A stretch of 64,000 nt of DNA, taken from an uncultured Phycisphaerales bacterium (GTDB taxonomy: Bacteria; Planctomycetota; Phycisphaerae; Tepidisphaerales; Tepidisphaeraceae). The stretch is from positions 96,001 through 160,000 of the forward strand of contig CAWJPJ010000008.1 of the NCBI GenBank assembly GCA_963844715.1. Direction: 5' to 3'. The position numbers and the translations under genes were made by a program. Under the pieces are notes generated by a model. It saw only the letters and a program-made list of their open reading frames with translations, had not been told where the DNA came from and ran no database searches. This document shows positions 20,424 through 29,791 of the stretch, piece after piece. The first letter of the stretch is position 1. Every line of letters starts with the position of its first letter.

Positions 20424-21746
20424 ATGAACTCCGAACCCATCAAACGCGAAAATCTCTTCAAAACCGTCGAAAAAACGCTCTTCGCCCAGCCCGTGCTGGA
20501 CATGCATACCCATCTCTACCCTCCCACCTTCGGCACCCCCGACCCCAACGCCAGCGGGCGTCCCGATCCGGCGGGCCTCTTGCTCTGGGGCATCGACGAA
20601 TTGGTGACTTATCACTATCTCGTCGCCGAGGTTTACCGCGTCGTTCCCGCCACCAAGCTTCCCTATGAGCAGTTCTGGAAGATGAGCAAGCAGCAGCAGG
20701 CGGACCACATCTGGAAGAATCTCTTCGTCGAGCGTTCCCCCATCAGCGAAGCCTGCCGCGGCGTGCTCACCACGCTCCAGCGCCTCGGCCTCGACCCCAA
20801 CGAGAAATCCCTCGACGCCTATCGCCCATTTTTCACCCGGCAGGACCCCGGCAAATACATCGACCGCGTCATGGAACTGGCCAACGTCTCCTCCATCACC
20901 ATGACCAATCCCGTCTTCGACGACAACGAGCGCAAGCGCTGGCTCGCCGATCCCGGCATCGGCGACGACCCGCGCTTCAAGGCCGTGCTGCGAATCGATC
21001 CCCTCCTCCGCGCCTGGCCCACCGCCGCCAAAAAACTCTCGGAGTGGGGATACCCCGTCAGCGAGGAAATTTCCGCCGCCACGATCGACCAGACTCGCCA
21101 ATTCCTTCGCGACTGGATCGACCGCCAGCAGGCGATCTATCTCGCCGTGAGTTTGCCGCCGGAGTTCCGCTATCCCGCCGCCGCCGACGATGCGCTCGGC
21201 CGCGCCGGCCAGGCGATGCTCGAAAAAGCGATTCTCCCCGTCTGCGCCGAACGCGGAATCCCCTTCGCCATGATGATCGGCTCGAAACTGCGCGTGAATC
21301 CCGCCCTCGGCGACGCCGGCGACATGGTCGGGAAGTCCGACGTCGCTTCGGTCGTCAATCTCTGCCGCGAATTCCCCAAGAACAAATTCTTCGTCACCAT
21401 GCTCGCCCGCGAAAATCAGCACGAGCTATGCGTCGCCGCCCGAAAATTCGGCAACCTGATGGTCTTCGGCTGCTGGTGGTTCCTCAACAATCCCAGCCTG
21501 ATCGAGGAGATGGAGCGCATGCGCATCGAACTGCTCGGCACCAGCTTCATCCCCCAGCACTCCGACGCCCGCGTGCTCGACCAGCTCGTATACAAATGGG
21601 ATCACAGCCGCCGAATACTCGCCAAGGTGCTGGCCGACAAATACGCCGAAACCCTCGACACCGGCCGGCGCGTTTACGAGTCCGACATCACCCGCGACGT
21701 CCGCCTCATGTTCCGCGACAATTTCCTGGAATTCGTCTCGCGATAG
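20424..21746 (+). CDS. Uronate (glucuronate) isomerase, amidohydrolase superfamily
   Basis: DMHTH, GCWWF, PQHSDARVLDQLVYKW and MTNPVFD motifs. Confidence 0.85.
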   Translation: MNSEPIKRENLFKTVEKTLFAQPVLDMHTHLYPPTFGTPDPNASGRPDPAGLLLWGIDELVTYHYLVAEVYRVVPATKLPYEQFWKMSKQQQADHIWKNLFVERSPISEACRGVLTTLQRLGLDPNEKSLDAYRPFFTRQDPGKYIDRVMELANVSSITMTNPVFDDNERKRWLADPGIGDDPRFKAVLRIDPLLRAWPTAAKKLSEWGYPVSEEISAATIDQTRQFLRDWIDRQQAIYLAVSLPPEFRYPAAADDALGRAGQAMLEKAILPVCAERGIPFAMMIGSKLRVNPALGDAGDMVGKSDVASVVNLCREFPKNKFFVTMLARENQHELCVAARKFGNLMVFGCWWFLNNPSLIEEMERMRIELLGTSFIPQHSDARVLDQLVYKWDHSRRILAKVLADKYAETLDTGRRVYESDITRDVRLMFRDNFLEFVSR

Positions 21747-21790
21747 GCCGGAACTCGGCGCCTGATTTTAAATCCGCGCGCCGCATTCCG

Positions 21791-21864
21791 CCTCCTCCGG
21801 TACTCCGGGGGAGCACGCCCTGTCCGCTTCCTTTTGTTTCGGCACGACGGGTGGGGCCGGTCCG
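21791..21864. repeat. Dispersed ~75-bp intergenic repeat, copy 1
   Basis: Shares GTACTC, GAGCAC(G/T)CCCTGTCC, GTTTCGGCACGA(C/T)GGGT and GGGGCCGGTCCG with 27187-27264. Confidence 0.8.
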
Positions 21865-21903
21865 CGACTCAACTACGATCGGCATGAAGCACAATTGGCC
21901 GCG

Positions 21904-23352
21904 TTACCAAACAGCCCCTATCTCGCCGGCCCTCTCTGGCCCCCAACCTCTTTCCCGTCCATCTCGACGACCGGGGCATTCCCGTCTCGCCTCGCGTACA
22001 ACTCCCCGATGGCGATGTCCTCGGAATTGGAGATCGAAACCGCCGGGCCGAGCTGATGCGCGCACGTCGACCCGCCGCAGCTTCACGTTCCGGGCGTTGC
22101 GGATGATGATGCCGGCCCGGCACATGTCCGGAATGTTCGGCGCCATCACCGGCGCCCTGCCCTTGGTGTTTTCCACATCGAGATAAACCGCGATATTGTC
22201 AAACGCCACGTCCTCCACATACATCTCCGGCAGCCCCAGCACATACCCCGCCGCGTATTTCACCCGCCGCGCCGATATATTGGAGAACCGCAGCCGCCGG
22301 AATCGCGGCGTCCCGTCATCCACCGGATGCGCCGCCTGATCCGTCACCCGGCTCGATCCCTCCGCCCCGCATTCGTAAAACAAATTTATCGACATCGGAC
22401 ACAGAACATCGTCCATCACGATATTGTCGACCCGCAGGTCTTCGATCGAGCTCCCGCGCCCCCGGCGGGATTTCAGGCGAATCCCCCGATCCGTTCCGCT
22501 GAAAACGCAATTCGAAATCGCGATATTCCGCACCCCGCCGCTCATTTCGCTCCCCATCACCACGCCCCCGTGCCCGTGCAGCATGGTGCAATTGGTGATG
22601 GTCAGGTTTTCGCACGGCCGGAGATTCGCCCGCCCATCCTCCTCCGTCCCTGATTTGATCGTCACGCAATCGTCCCCCACATCAATGTGGCAATCCGATA
22701 TGTGCACATTGCGGCACGAATCCGGATTGATCCCATCCGTGTTCGGCGAATCGCTCGGGTTGCGCACCGTGATCCGGCTGATCGTCACGTTGTCGCAAGC
22801 CGTCGGGTTCAGCGTCCAGAAGGGGGATTGCGTCAGGAAAACGCCCTCGATCAAAACATCCCGGCAATCGACCAGCCTTATCAAATTCGGCCGAACGTGC
22901 TCGAGCTTCTTCTGCCGGAACAAGTCCCACCACGGCTGCCCGCCGCCGTCCAGGGTTCCCCGGCCCGTAATCGAAACGTTCTGCAACCCCTCCCCCGCAA
23001 TCAGCGCCGCATGCATCGGCTTGACCCCGGTGCCTTCCCACTTGCTCGTCCAAAGGGGAAATGCCGCCACTTCACCGCTCCCGACGATCGCCGCTCCGCT
23101 ATCGAGGTAAAGATTGATATTGCTGCGCATCCAGAGCGTTCCCGTGAGGTACCGCCCAGCCGGAAAGAGAAGCGTCCCCCCGCCCGCCTCGGCACATTGG
23201 TCAATCGCCCGCTGGATCGCCTGCGTGCAGACGTTCGACCCGCTGGGGTCCGCCCCCGCCTCGACCACGTTCAACCACCCCCGGCTGCGATCCGGAACCG
23301 CCGTACGACCCGCCTGCTCCGGGCTGGAATGTTCAATGACGCTCATCTTCAT
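21904..23352 (-). CDS. Glycoside hydrolase family 28, no obvious signal peptide
   Basis: PNTDG, GDDCVTIKSG, GHGG.VMGSE and RLKS. The 3' end is probably frameshifted. Confidence 0.9.
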   Translation of the reverse strand: MKMSVIEHSSPEQAGRTAVPDRSRGWLNVVEAGADPSGSNVCTQAIQRAIDQCAEAGGGTLLFPAGRYLTGTLWMRSNINLYLDSGAAIVGSGEVAAFPLWTSKWEGTGVKPMHAALIAGEGLQNVSITGRGTLDGGGQPWWDLFRQKKLEHVRPNLIRLVDCRDVLIEGVFLTQSPFWTLNPTACDNVTISRITVRNPSDSPNTDGINPDSCRNVHISDCHIDVGDDCVTIKSGTEEDGRANLRPCENLTITNCTMLHGHGGVVMGSEMSGGVRNIAISNCVFSGTDRGIRLKSRRGRGSSIEDLRVDNIVMDDVLCPMSINLFYECGAEGSSRVTDQAAHPVDDGTPRFRRLRFSNISARRVKYAAGYVLGLPEMYVEDVAFDNIAVYLDVENTKGRAPVMAPNIPDMCRAGIIIRNARNVKLRRVDVRASARPGGFDLQFRGHRHRGVVREARRECPGRRDGRERGWGPERAGEIGAVW

Positions 23353-23832
23353 TTCCTTCCTAAGTTCGCATGGCTACTCAAATTGCCGCCAATAGTGTAA
23401 CATAGAGCACCGCCGTCAAAATGGCGCAAGCGCGTGCAAAATTCGTGCGCATTTACCGGACCATGATATAATTTTTACCAACAAGTTGCACAAATGAGTT
23501 TTTTCGGAGTGTCTCTCATCTAAAACCAAAGTTATGCGTACCTTAATACAGTGCGCCTATGTCTCGGTAGCTGGGGACGTTATCTACGAAGGGGCGGGCA
23601 GCCGCCACAGCGCCAAGACTCGGGGCAGGTGCTTGGACCGGGAGGCTTCAGAAGATGAATCCGGCAGCCATGGCGGCGGGACGGGTTGCGCGGCTCGTGA
23701 AGGCGCCGACGAACGAGGCCCGGCAGGTCGATCCGCCGGATCGGTACTTTCGTCCTCGCGCAAAGCTCGCTCCGATTCTAACTCCCAGACCAAGCCCGGC
23801 GCAACGCCGCTGCCGGCAACGGCAAACCCGGT

Positions 23833-24981
23833 ATGCGCCACGTCGCGCTCCTCATCGAAACCACCGGCGCCTACGGCCGCGGACTGCTTCGCGGCATCTC
23901 CCGATACAACCGCGAGCACGCCGGCTGGTCCGTTTACTTCCATCCCCGCGGATTGGGTCATCCCCCTCCCGAATGGCTCCGCGACTGGAAGGGCGACGGA
24001 ATTCTCGTCCGCATCGATTCTCCCGCCGTCGCCGACATGATGCTGCACTGCAAAATGCCCGTCGTGAATCTCCGCGGTCCGCGCCCGGATTTGCCCTTCC
24101 CCTTCGTCGGCGGGGATCACGCCCAGGCGGCACGCTTCGCCGCCGATCATCTCCTCGAACGCGGCCTGAGCAACTTCGGATTCTGCGGCCGGCCCGAAGG
24201 GGTCCATCCCGGTCTCGATCTTCGCGGCGCCTGTTTTCGAAACTATATCGAGGCGGCAGGATTTCCTTGCGATTTCTTCGTTCCTCCGCCCTTTACCGCC
24301 GATGATTCCTGGGAAGCCGAGCAGGAACGCCTCTCCGCTTGGATCCGCAGCGTCCCCAAGCCGATCGGAATCCTCGCCTGCAACGACGAACGAGGCCTCT
24401 ATCTTCTGGACGCCTGCCGCCGCAGCGGAGTCACCGTCCCCGATGAGGTTGCCGTCATCGGCGTCGATAACGACGAATTCATCTGCGATCTGGCCATTCC
24501 CCCTCTCACCAGCGTCGATATCAACTCCGAGGAAACCGGCTATCAGGCCGCCAAATTGCTCGATCACCTCATGGCCGGCGACGAGCCCCCGGCGCATATT
24601 CCGACCACCCCGACCCGCGGCGTCGTCACCCGCCTCTCCACCGACGTCGTCGCCAGCAACGACGATGAGGTCAATCGCGCCATCCGCTTCATCCGCGACC
24701 GAGGCAGCGACAAAATCCGCGTCATGGACGTCCTGGCCCATCTCGGCATCTCCCGCGCTTCCCTTCAGCAGCGCATGAAAAGGGTCGTCGGACGCACTAT
24801 TCACGAGGAAATCGAACGCATGCGCCTCGCCCGGGTCAAGGAAATGCTCGTCAAACCCGACATGACGATCAAGCAAATTGCCCGCGAAACCGGCTTTTCC
24901 AGCGTCCAATACCTCACCCGTGTCTTCCGCGCCGCCGTCGGCGAAACCCCGGCCAGGTTTAGGAATCGCCGCGACAAATAG
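23833..24981 (+). CDS. XylR-type regulator (LacI-like sensor + AraC HTH)
   Basis: YGRGLLRGI, VPDEVAVIGVDND and a C-terminal AraC HTH. Confidence 0.9.
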   Translation: MRHVALLIETTGAYGRGLLRGISRYNREHAGWSVYFHPRGLGHPPPEWLRDWKGDGILVRIDSPAVADMMLHCKMPVVNLRGPRPDLPFPFVGGDHAQAARFAADHLLERGLSNFGFCGRPEGVHPGLDLRGACFRNYIEAAGFPCDFFVPPPFTADDSWEAEQERLSAWIRSVPKPIGILACNDERGLYLLDACRRSGVTVPDEVAVIGVDNDEFICDLAIPPLTSVDINSEETGYQAAKLLDHLMAGDEPPAHIPTTPTRGVVTRLSTDVVASNDDEVNRAIRFIRDRGSDKIRVMDVLAHLGISRASLQQRMKRVVGRTIHEEIERMRLARVKEMLVKPDMTIKQIARETGFSSVQYLTRVFRAAVGETPARFRNRRDK

Positions 24982-25079
24982 CTGCTTTTCGGGTATTTAT
25001 TATGGCTCAAACGCGGAACCTCGGCGACGAAGCCGAATTCGCGCGTTCTGGCGGAAAAAATATCTAAGGAGTCAACCTA

Positions 25080-26448
25080 ATGTTTTCACGATCCAACCGA
25101 TTTCTCGCATTTGTGGGAGCCGCCGCGGCTGTGCGCTGCGCAGGCGGGCTCAATCGCCCGCGCCGACGACGCCACCACCCAGCCCACCATCCCCGCGCCC
25201 AACATCCCCGACAAGACCTTCAGCATCGCCGACTACGGCGCCGTCGGAGATGGCACAACCATGAACACCGACGCCATCACCAAGGCCATCGCCGCCTGTT
25301 CCGCCGCCGGCGGCGGAACCGTCCTTGTCCCGGCGGGAAATTTCCTCACCGGCGCCTTCTCCCTTGTCAGCAGCATGGATCTCAAGATCGATCAGGGAGC
25401 CACGCTCACCTTCAGCAACGACCCCACCATTTACCCCGTTTCCGAAGACTCCAGCCATGAAAGCAGCGAAGGCAACGGCAAACGCTATCAGAACTTCATC
25501 GAGGGAGATAATCTCCACGACATCGCCATCACCGGCGCCGGCACCATCGACGGCCAGGGCGTCAAGTGGTGGCTCGCCTTCCTCCCCTTCAAGAAAAAAA
25601 TGCACGACCCCGCGGCCCCGCCGCATCGTCCGCTCCTCATCAGCCTCAAGAATTGCCAGCGCGTGGATGTTGAAGGCGTCACCCTTCATAACTCCCCCAT
25701 GTTCCATCTCGTGCCCCAGGCCTGTCAGGACGTTCTCATTTCCGGATTGACGATCACCGCCTCCCCGACATCCCCCAACACCGACGGCATCGATCCCTCC
25801 GGCAGCAACTACCTCATCAAGGACTGCACCATCGATACCGGCGACGACAACATCGCCCTCAAACCCGTCCATGGCGCCATCGAAGGGCATCCCGCCTGCG
25901 AGAATTTCTATATCACCGACATCCACTGCAAGTCCGGCCACGGAATCTCCATCGGCGGCCAAACGAATGGCAGCCTCAAGGGCTTGATCGTCCGTAACTG
26001 CACCTTCGAAGGCACCGACAACGGCATCCGCATGAAAGCCCCCCGCGGCCAGGGCGGAACCGTCGAGGACGTCACCTACGACAACATCACCATGGAAGAC
26101 GTCAAGCACGCCATCTCCATCAGCAGCTTCTATCCCCTCCCCAAGAGCGATGACGTCTTCGACGAGATCAAGCCCATCGATGCCAAAACCCCCATCTGGA
26201 AGGACATCACCATCAATAACGTGACCGCCACCGACTGTGGCGCCGCCGGCGAAATCTTCGGCACCGGCGAATCCCACATCACCAACCTCACCCTCAACAA
26301 CGTCAAAATCGCGGCGCGGAGTGCCCTCCGCATCGCCAACGCCGATGGCGTCAAGTTCGTCAATTGTGAAATCGATGTGGCTCAAGGTCCCGCCGTGGTT
26401 CTGACCAACGCCACAATCGTTGGCCTCGACCCGCAGACCGGCAAATAG
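25080..26448 (+). CDS. Secreted glycoside hydrolase family 28 (frameshift in the signal peptide)
   Basis: PNTDG, GDDNIALK, GHGISIG and GIRMK. AAGGAG RBS before ATG 25080. Confidence 0.88.
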
Positions 26449-26475
26449 ATCGAACTTCACATCCGCTTTTCCCTG

Positions 26476-26513
26476 GCGGCGGCGCGAATCTCGCGCCGCC
26501 GCTTTTTTGTTTT
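26476..26513 (+). terminator. Rho-independent terminator
   Basis: 12-bp stem GCGGCGGCGCGA/TCGCGCCGCCGC followed by TTTTTTGTTTT. Confidence 0.85.
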
Positions 26514-26648
26514 GAACTCCCCCTCGCGCGGACCTCGCCGATCACCCCCGCGCCCGGTCTTCCGATAGTTTCCGCAGGATCGGGAGGGGATCGGCAGCGC
26601 AAAAAACTCGCCTCCCCGCTATTCATCGAATAGGTTAATCTCCCCCCA

Positions 26649-27161
26649 ATGCCCCGATTCACCCGAACCTCCTCCGGCTACTACCGCCCCAAAAACTGCA
26701 CCATCGTCGGCGATTGCCTCATCGGCGAAGCCACCAGCGTCTGGTTCGGAGCCGTCATCCGCGGCGACGTCGCCCCCGTCCGCATCGGCCGCCGAGTCAG
26801 CGTCCAGGACAACGTCGTCATCCATTGCGATACCGGTATCCCCAATACCATCGAAGACGATGTCGTCATCGGACACGCCGCCGTCGTCCACGGCAAACAC
26901 GTCGGCTTCGGCTCCCTCATCGGCATGAGCGCCACCCTCCTCAGCCGCACCGTCGTCGGCCGTGAATGCCTCATCGGCGCCGGCGCCGTCCTCCCCCCCG
27001 GCCTAGTCGTCCCCGACCGCTCCCTCGTCGTCGGCGTCCCCGGCAAGATTGTCCGCCAGGTTACCGACGAGGAACTGAAATACATGCGGTGGCTAACCAG
27101 CACATATCTAGACCTCGCCCGGCGATACGAATCCGGCGAGTTCGATTCCGATCCCGATTAA
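26649..27161 (+). CDS. Gamma carbonic anhydrase family protein
   Basis: VWFGAVIRGD, QDNVVIH, IGHAAVVHG and hexapeptide repeats. Confidence 0.88.
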   Translation: MPRFTRTSSGYYRPKNCTIVGDCLIGEATSVWFGAVIRGDVAPVRIGRRVSVQDNVVIHCDTGIPNTIEDDVVIGHAAVVHGKHVGFGSLIGMSATLLSRTVVGRECLIGAGAVLPPGLVVPDRSLVVGVPGKIVRQVTDEELKYMRWLTSTYLDLARRYESGEFDSDPD

Positions 27162-27186
27162 ATCCCTGCGCGCTCTGCACTTATCC

Positions 27187-27264
27187 CCTCTCCCTGTACT
27201 CGGGGAGAGCACTCCCTGTCCCAATTTCCGCCAGTTTCGGCACGATGGGTGAGGGGCCGGTCCG
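27187..27264. repeat. Dispersed ~75-bp intergenic repeat, copy 2
   Basis: Aligns with 21791-21864. Confidence 0.8.
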
Positions 27265-27360
27265 GGAGGAGCCGTTCATTTACCGTCTCCAATATATAGG
27301 TAGACGAGGGTCCGTTGCGCGCCATTCCCCTATTCCTACCGTGGGAAATTAGGAAATTCG

Positions 27361-27390
27361 TTGAAAATCCCACGCCCGTTTTGGTATCTT
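27361..27390 (+). promoter_or_regulatory. Putative sigma70 promoter of the cold-shock gene
   Basis: TTGAAA-18nt-TATCTT with extended TG. Implies a ~210-nt 5' UTR, typical of csp mRNAs. Confidence 0.4.
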
Positions 27391-27608
27391 TTCGTAGCCG
27401 GTTAACTTCACCTCGCCGGCAACGGGGCAGTGTGTGCGGTCATGTCTGAGAGTCGTCCAATCTTCTCATCGGTTGTTGTTTCCAAGGGTGGATTGCCGCC
27501 ACGCCTTTCCTTGTCTATCGGTGATTCATTTCTCCATCTGTCATCGGCGCGGTCCCGGGCCTCACATCTCCCCCGGATCTCGCTCGATTTGGTTTAGGGA
27601 GGACGGTC

Positions 27609-27848
27609 ATGATCAACGGCACCGTCAAGTGGTTCGATTCCAAGAAGGGTTTCGGCTTTATCCTCAATCCCGAGGGAACCGACGTTTTCGTCCATTTCAG
27701 CAGTATCATGGGCGACGGCTTCCGGTCCCTTAAGGACGGGGAACAGGTCGAATTCGAGCAAGTCGCCGGAGCCAAAGGGCTTTCGGCGCATTCGGTTCGC
27801 CGCCTCGAGGCGCAGCACGCCGCGTCCCGATTAAATGTTGGCGTCTAA
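27609..27848 (+). CDS. Cold shock protein (CSD)
   Basis: GTVKWF, KGFGFI and DVFVHFS. GGAGG RBS. Confidence 0.95.
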   Translation: MINGTVKWFDSKKGFGFILNPEGTDVFVHFSSIMGDGFRSLKDGEQVEFEQVAGAKGLSAHSVRRLEAQHAASRLNVGV

Positions 27849-27866
27849 ACCGCTACAGTATCGGGC

Positions 27867-28709
27867 GTGAATCCATTTGCATCCGGTTTGCTGATCGGCT
27901 TGGCCGTCGGCGCGGCTGGCGTTGCCGTCTTCGCAGCCGTCTCCCTACGCCGAATCCGCGCCTGGCGAATCCATCTAAAAGGAACGCTCCAGCGCATCCG
28001 CGCCGCCCGAAAAAAACTCCGCGCCCGCGCCGCCCAGGCCGAGCGCCTCGCCGAATTAGGCACCCTCACCGGCGGCCTCGCCCACGAAATCGAAAATCCC
28101 CTCTCCACCGTCCAGCTCAATCTCCAGCTTCTCCAGGAGGACATTGACCCTACCAATCCCGCCTATTCGCGCGTCGCCCACCGCCTGCAAACCGTAGAGC
28201 GAGAAGCCGGCCGCCTCCGCGACATCCTCGAGGATTTCCTCCGTTTCGCCGGCAAGATCGAACTCCGCCGCAAGGAAGTCGATTTGAATTCCATCCTCGA
28301 GCAGCTAGCCGATTTCTTCGCCCCCCAGACGCAACTGAACAAAGTCCAGCTCCGCTTCAAACCCAGCCCCCACCCCCTGTTCGTCTCGGTCGATGAGCGC
28401 CTAATCAAACAGGCAATTTTGAATCTGATGATCAACGCCCTACAAGCCATGACCGCTGGCGGCGAACTGATCCTGGCCGCCTCCACCCACTCCCCTTGGG
28501 CCGTCATAGACGTAATCGACACCGGCCCCGGCGTCCCCCGCGAGCAAGCCGAAAAAATCTTCCAAGCCTACTACTCCACAAAAAAAGGCGGCACCGGCCT
28601 CGGCCTCGCCATGACCAGAAGAATCATAGAAGAACACGGCGGCCAAATCGGCGTCACCAGCGAACCCAACAAGGGATCAGATTTCTTCATAAAATTACCC
28701 CTAAAATGA
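27867..28709 (+). CDS. Sensor histidine kinase (HisKA + HATPase)
   Basis: LAHEIENPL, NLMINALQAM, DTGPG and GTGLGL. Confidence 0.92.
   Translation: MNPFASGLLIGLAVGAAGVAVFAAVSLRRIRAWRIHLKGTLQRIRAARKKLRARAAQAERLAELGTLTGGLAHEIENPLSTVQLNLQLLQEDIDPTNPAYSRVAHRLQTVEREAGRLRDILEDFLRFAGKIELRRKEVDLNSILEQLADFFAPQTQLNKVQLRFKPSPHPLFVSVDERLIKQAILNLMINALQAMTAGGELILAASTHSPWAVIDVIDTGPGVPREQAEKIFQAYYSTKKGGTGLGLAMTRRIIEEHGGQIGVTSEPNKGSDFFIKLPLK
28589..28709 (+). repeat. 121-bp direct repeat, copy 1 (3' end of the kinase gene)
   Basis: Aligns without gaps to 29417-29537, 15 mismatches counted by hand. Confidence 0.92.
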
Positions 28710-28786
28710 TCCGTCCGGCCCTAAAACAATCCAACGATCCCCCCCCCAAAAAAAATTTGGCCATTTCCCCGCCCCCCGATATCCTA

Positions 28787-28858
28787 TGAAAATCTCAAAT
28801 ATGAAATCTCAAATATGAAAATCTGAAATTTGAAATCTGAAATTTGAAATTTCCAATC
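28787..28858 (+). repeat. Tandem heptamer array T(G/C)AAAT(C/T/A), about 10 units
   Basis: tgaaaatc tcaaata tgaaatc tcaaata tgaaaatc tgaaatt tgaaatc tgaaatt tgaaatt tccaatc. Confidence 0.9.
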
Positions 28859-28870
28859 CGAAAGGCCCCC

Positions 28871-29401
28871 ATGACCTACCAGCGCTTCGAAGACGTCCCC
28901 GTATGGCAGGCCGGCCTAGAACTAGCCGAAAAAATCTTCACGCTGACAACGGATCTACTCTTCGTAGGCCAAGGCGACCTCGCCAATCAACTTCAGCGCG
29001 CCGCTCTCTCCATTCCCAACAATATCGCCGAGGGATTCGAATGCGGATCGACCTCTCAGTTGATTGCATTCCTCTATTACGCCCGCGGCTCCGCTGGAGA
29101 AGTGCGATCCATCTTCTGCCTGCTGGAACGCATGCCCAGGTTCGCCAATCTCAAATCTCAAATCTCAGATCTAAAATCCGCCGCCGAATCCTGTTCGCGC
29201 CAATTGCGTGCCTGGGCCGACCACCTCCAAAACACCCAAATCAAGGGCCCGCGCCATCTCAACGACGTTTCCCGCGCCCGCTACGACCAATCCCGCCGTT
29301 CCGACGCCTTTCGCCAAAAACTACAAGACCTCCGCGCCGGCGTGGCCAGACCGAGTAACCAGATGTCCATGCCAGACCGGAAAGAATCAGAAGACTCCTA
29401 A
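28871..29401 (+). CDS. Four-helix-bundle protein (23S rRNA IVP / TIGR02436-like, structurally related to DGR Avd)
   Basis: RFEDVPVWQ, QLQRAALSIPNNIAEGFE and FLYYARGSAGEVRS. Confidence 0.9.
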   Translation: MTYQRFEDVPVWQAGLELAEKIFTLTTDLLFVGQGDLANQLQRAALSIPNNIAEGFECGSTSQLIAFLYYARGSAGEVRSIFCLLERMPRFANLKSQISDLKSAAESCSRQLRAWADHLQNTQIKGPRHLNDVSRARYDQSRRSDAFRQKLQDLRAGVARPSNQMSMPDRKESEDS

Positions 29402-29416
29402 ATCCCGCCAAAACGC

Positions 29417-29537
29417 CGGCACCGGCCTCGGTCTGGCCATGACCCTAAGAATCACAGAAGAACACGGCGGCCAAATCGGCGTCACCAGCGAACCCAGCAA
29501 AGGATCGGATTTCTTCATCAAATTGCCCATGCTTTGA
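29417..29537 (+). repeat. 121-bp direct repeat, copy 2 (orphan duplicate of the kinase 3' end)
   Basis: Encodes GTGLGLAMTLRITEEHGGQIGVTSEPSKGSDFFIKLPML-stop with no 5' part of the gene. Confidence 0.92.
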
Positions 29538-29603
29538 AAGCGTGAAGACGGTTAGCCGCCAGCCCGCCCGCGGGTAGACTCCGAACGCGACCAAAGAGTT
29601 AAC

Positions 29604-29681
29604 CCGCGGCTTTCACGGATGGCACGGATGAAATCCCAAAATGACCTTGTCTTCATCCGCGTTAATCCGTGAAATCCGCGG
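29604..29681. repeat. Imperfect palindrome of C(A/G)CGGAT units
   Basis: ccgcggctttcacggatggcacggatgaa ... ttcatccgcgttaatccgtgaaatccgcgg. Confidence 0.75.
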
Positions 29682-29791
29682 TCAAAAATCCGTATTTAAT
29701 TTGTTACGATTCGACAAGATTCGAACCGTGCGGAAAATGCGACAGCAAAAATTGGTGACAGCGTCTCACCTTTACTAGACGAGGCCGTACT

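Noticed and set aside
21791..21864. Hammerhead ribozyme (CGAAAC on the minus strand)
   Set aside because: No CUGANGA core in either repeat copy.
28787..28858. CRISPR array (also considered for the other repeat clusters)
   Set aside because: Units are 6-10 nt tandem repeats without unique spacers, and there are no cas genes.
28589..29537. Canonical diversity-generating retroelement (VR, avd, TR)
   Set aside because: No reverse transcriptase in the window. The mismatches are not adenine-specific in the putative template: A is in the gene copy at 9 of 15 sites and in the downstream copy at only 2. The target is a conserved ATPase domain.
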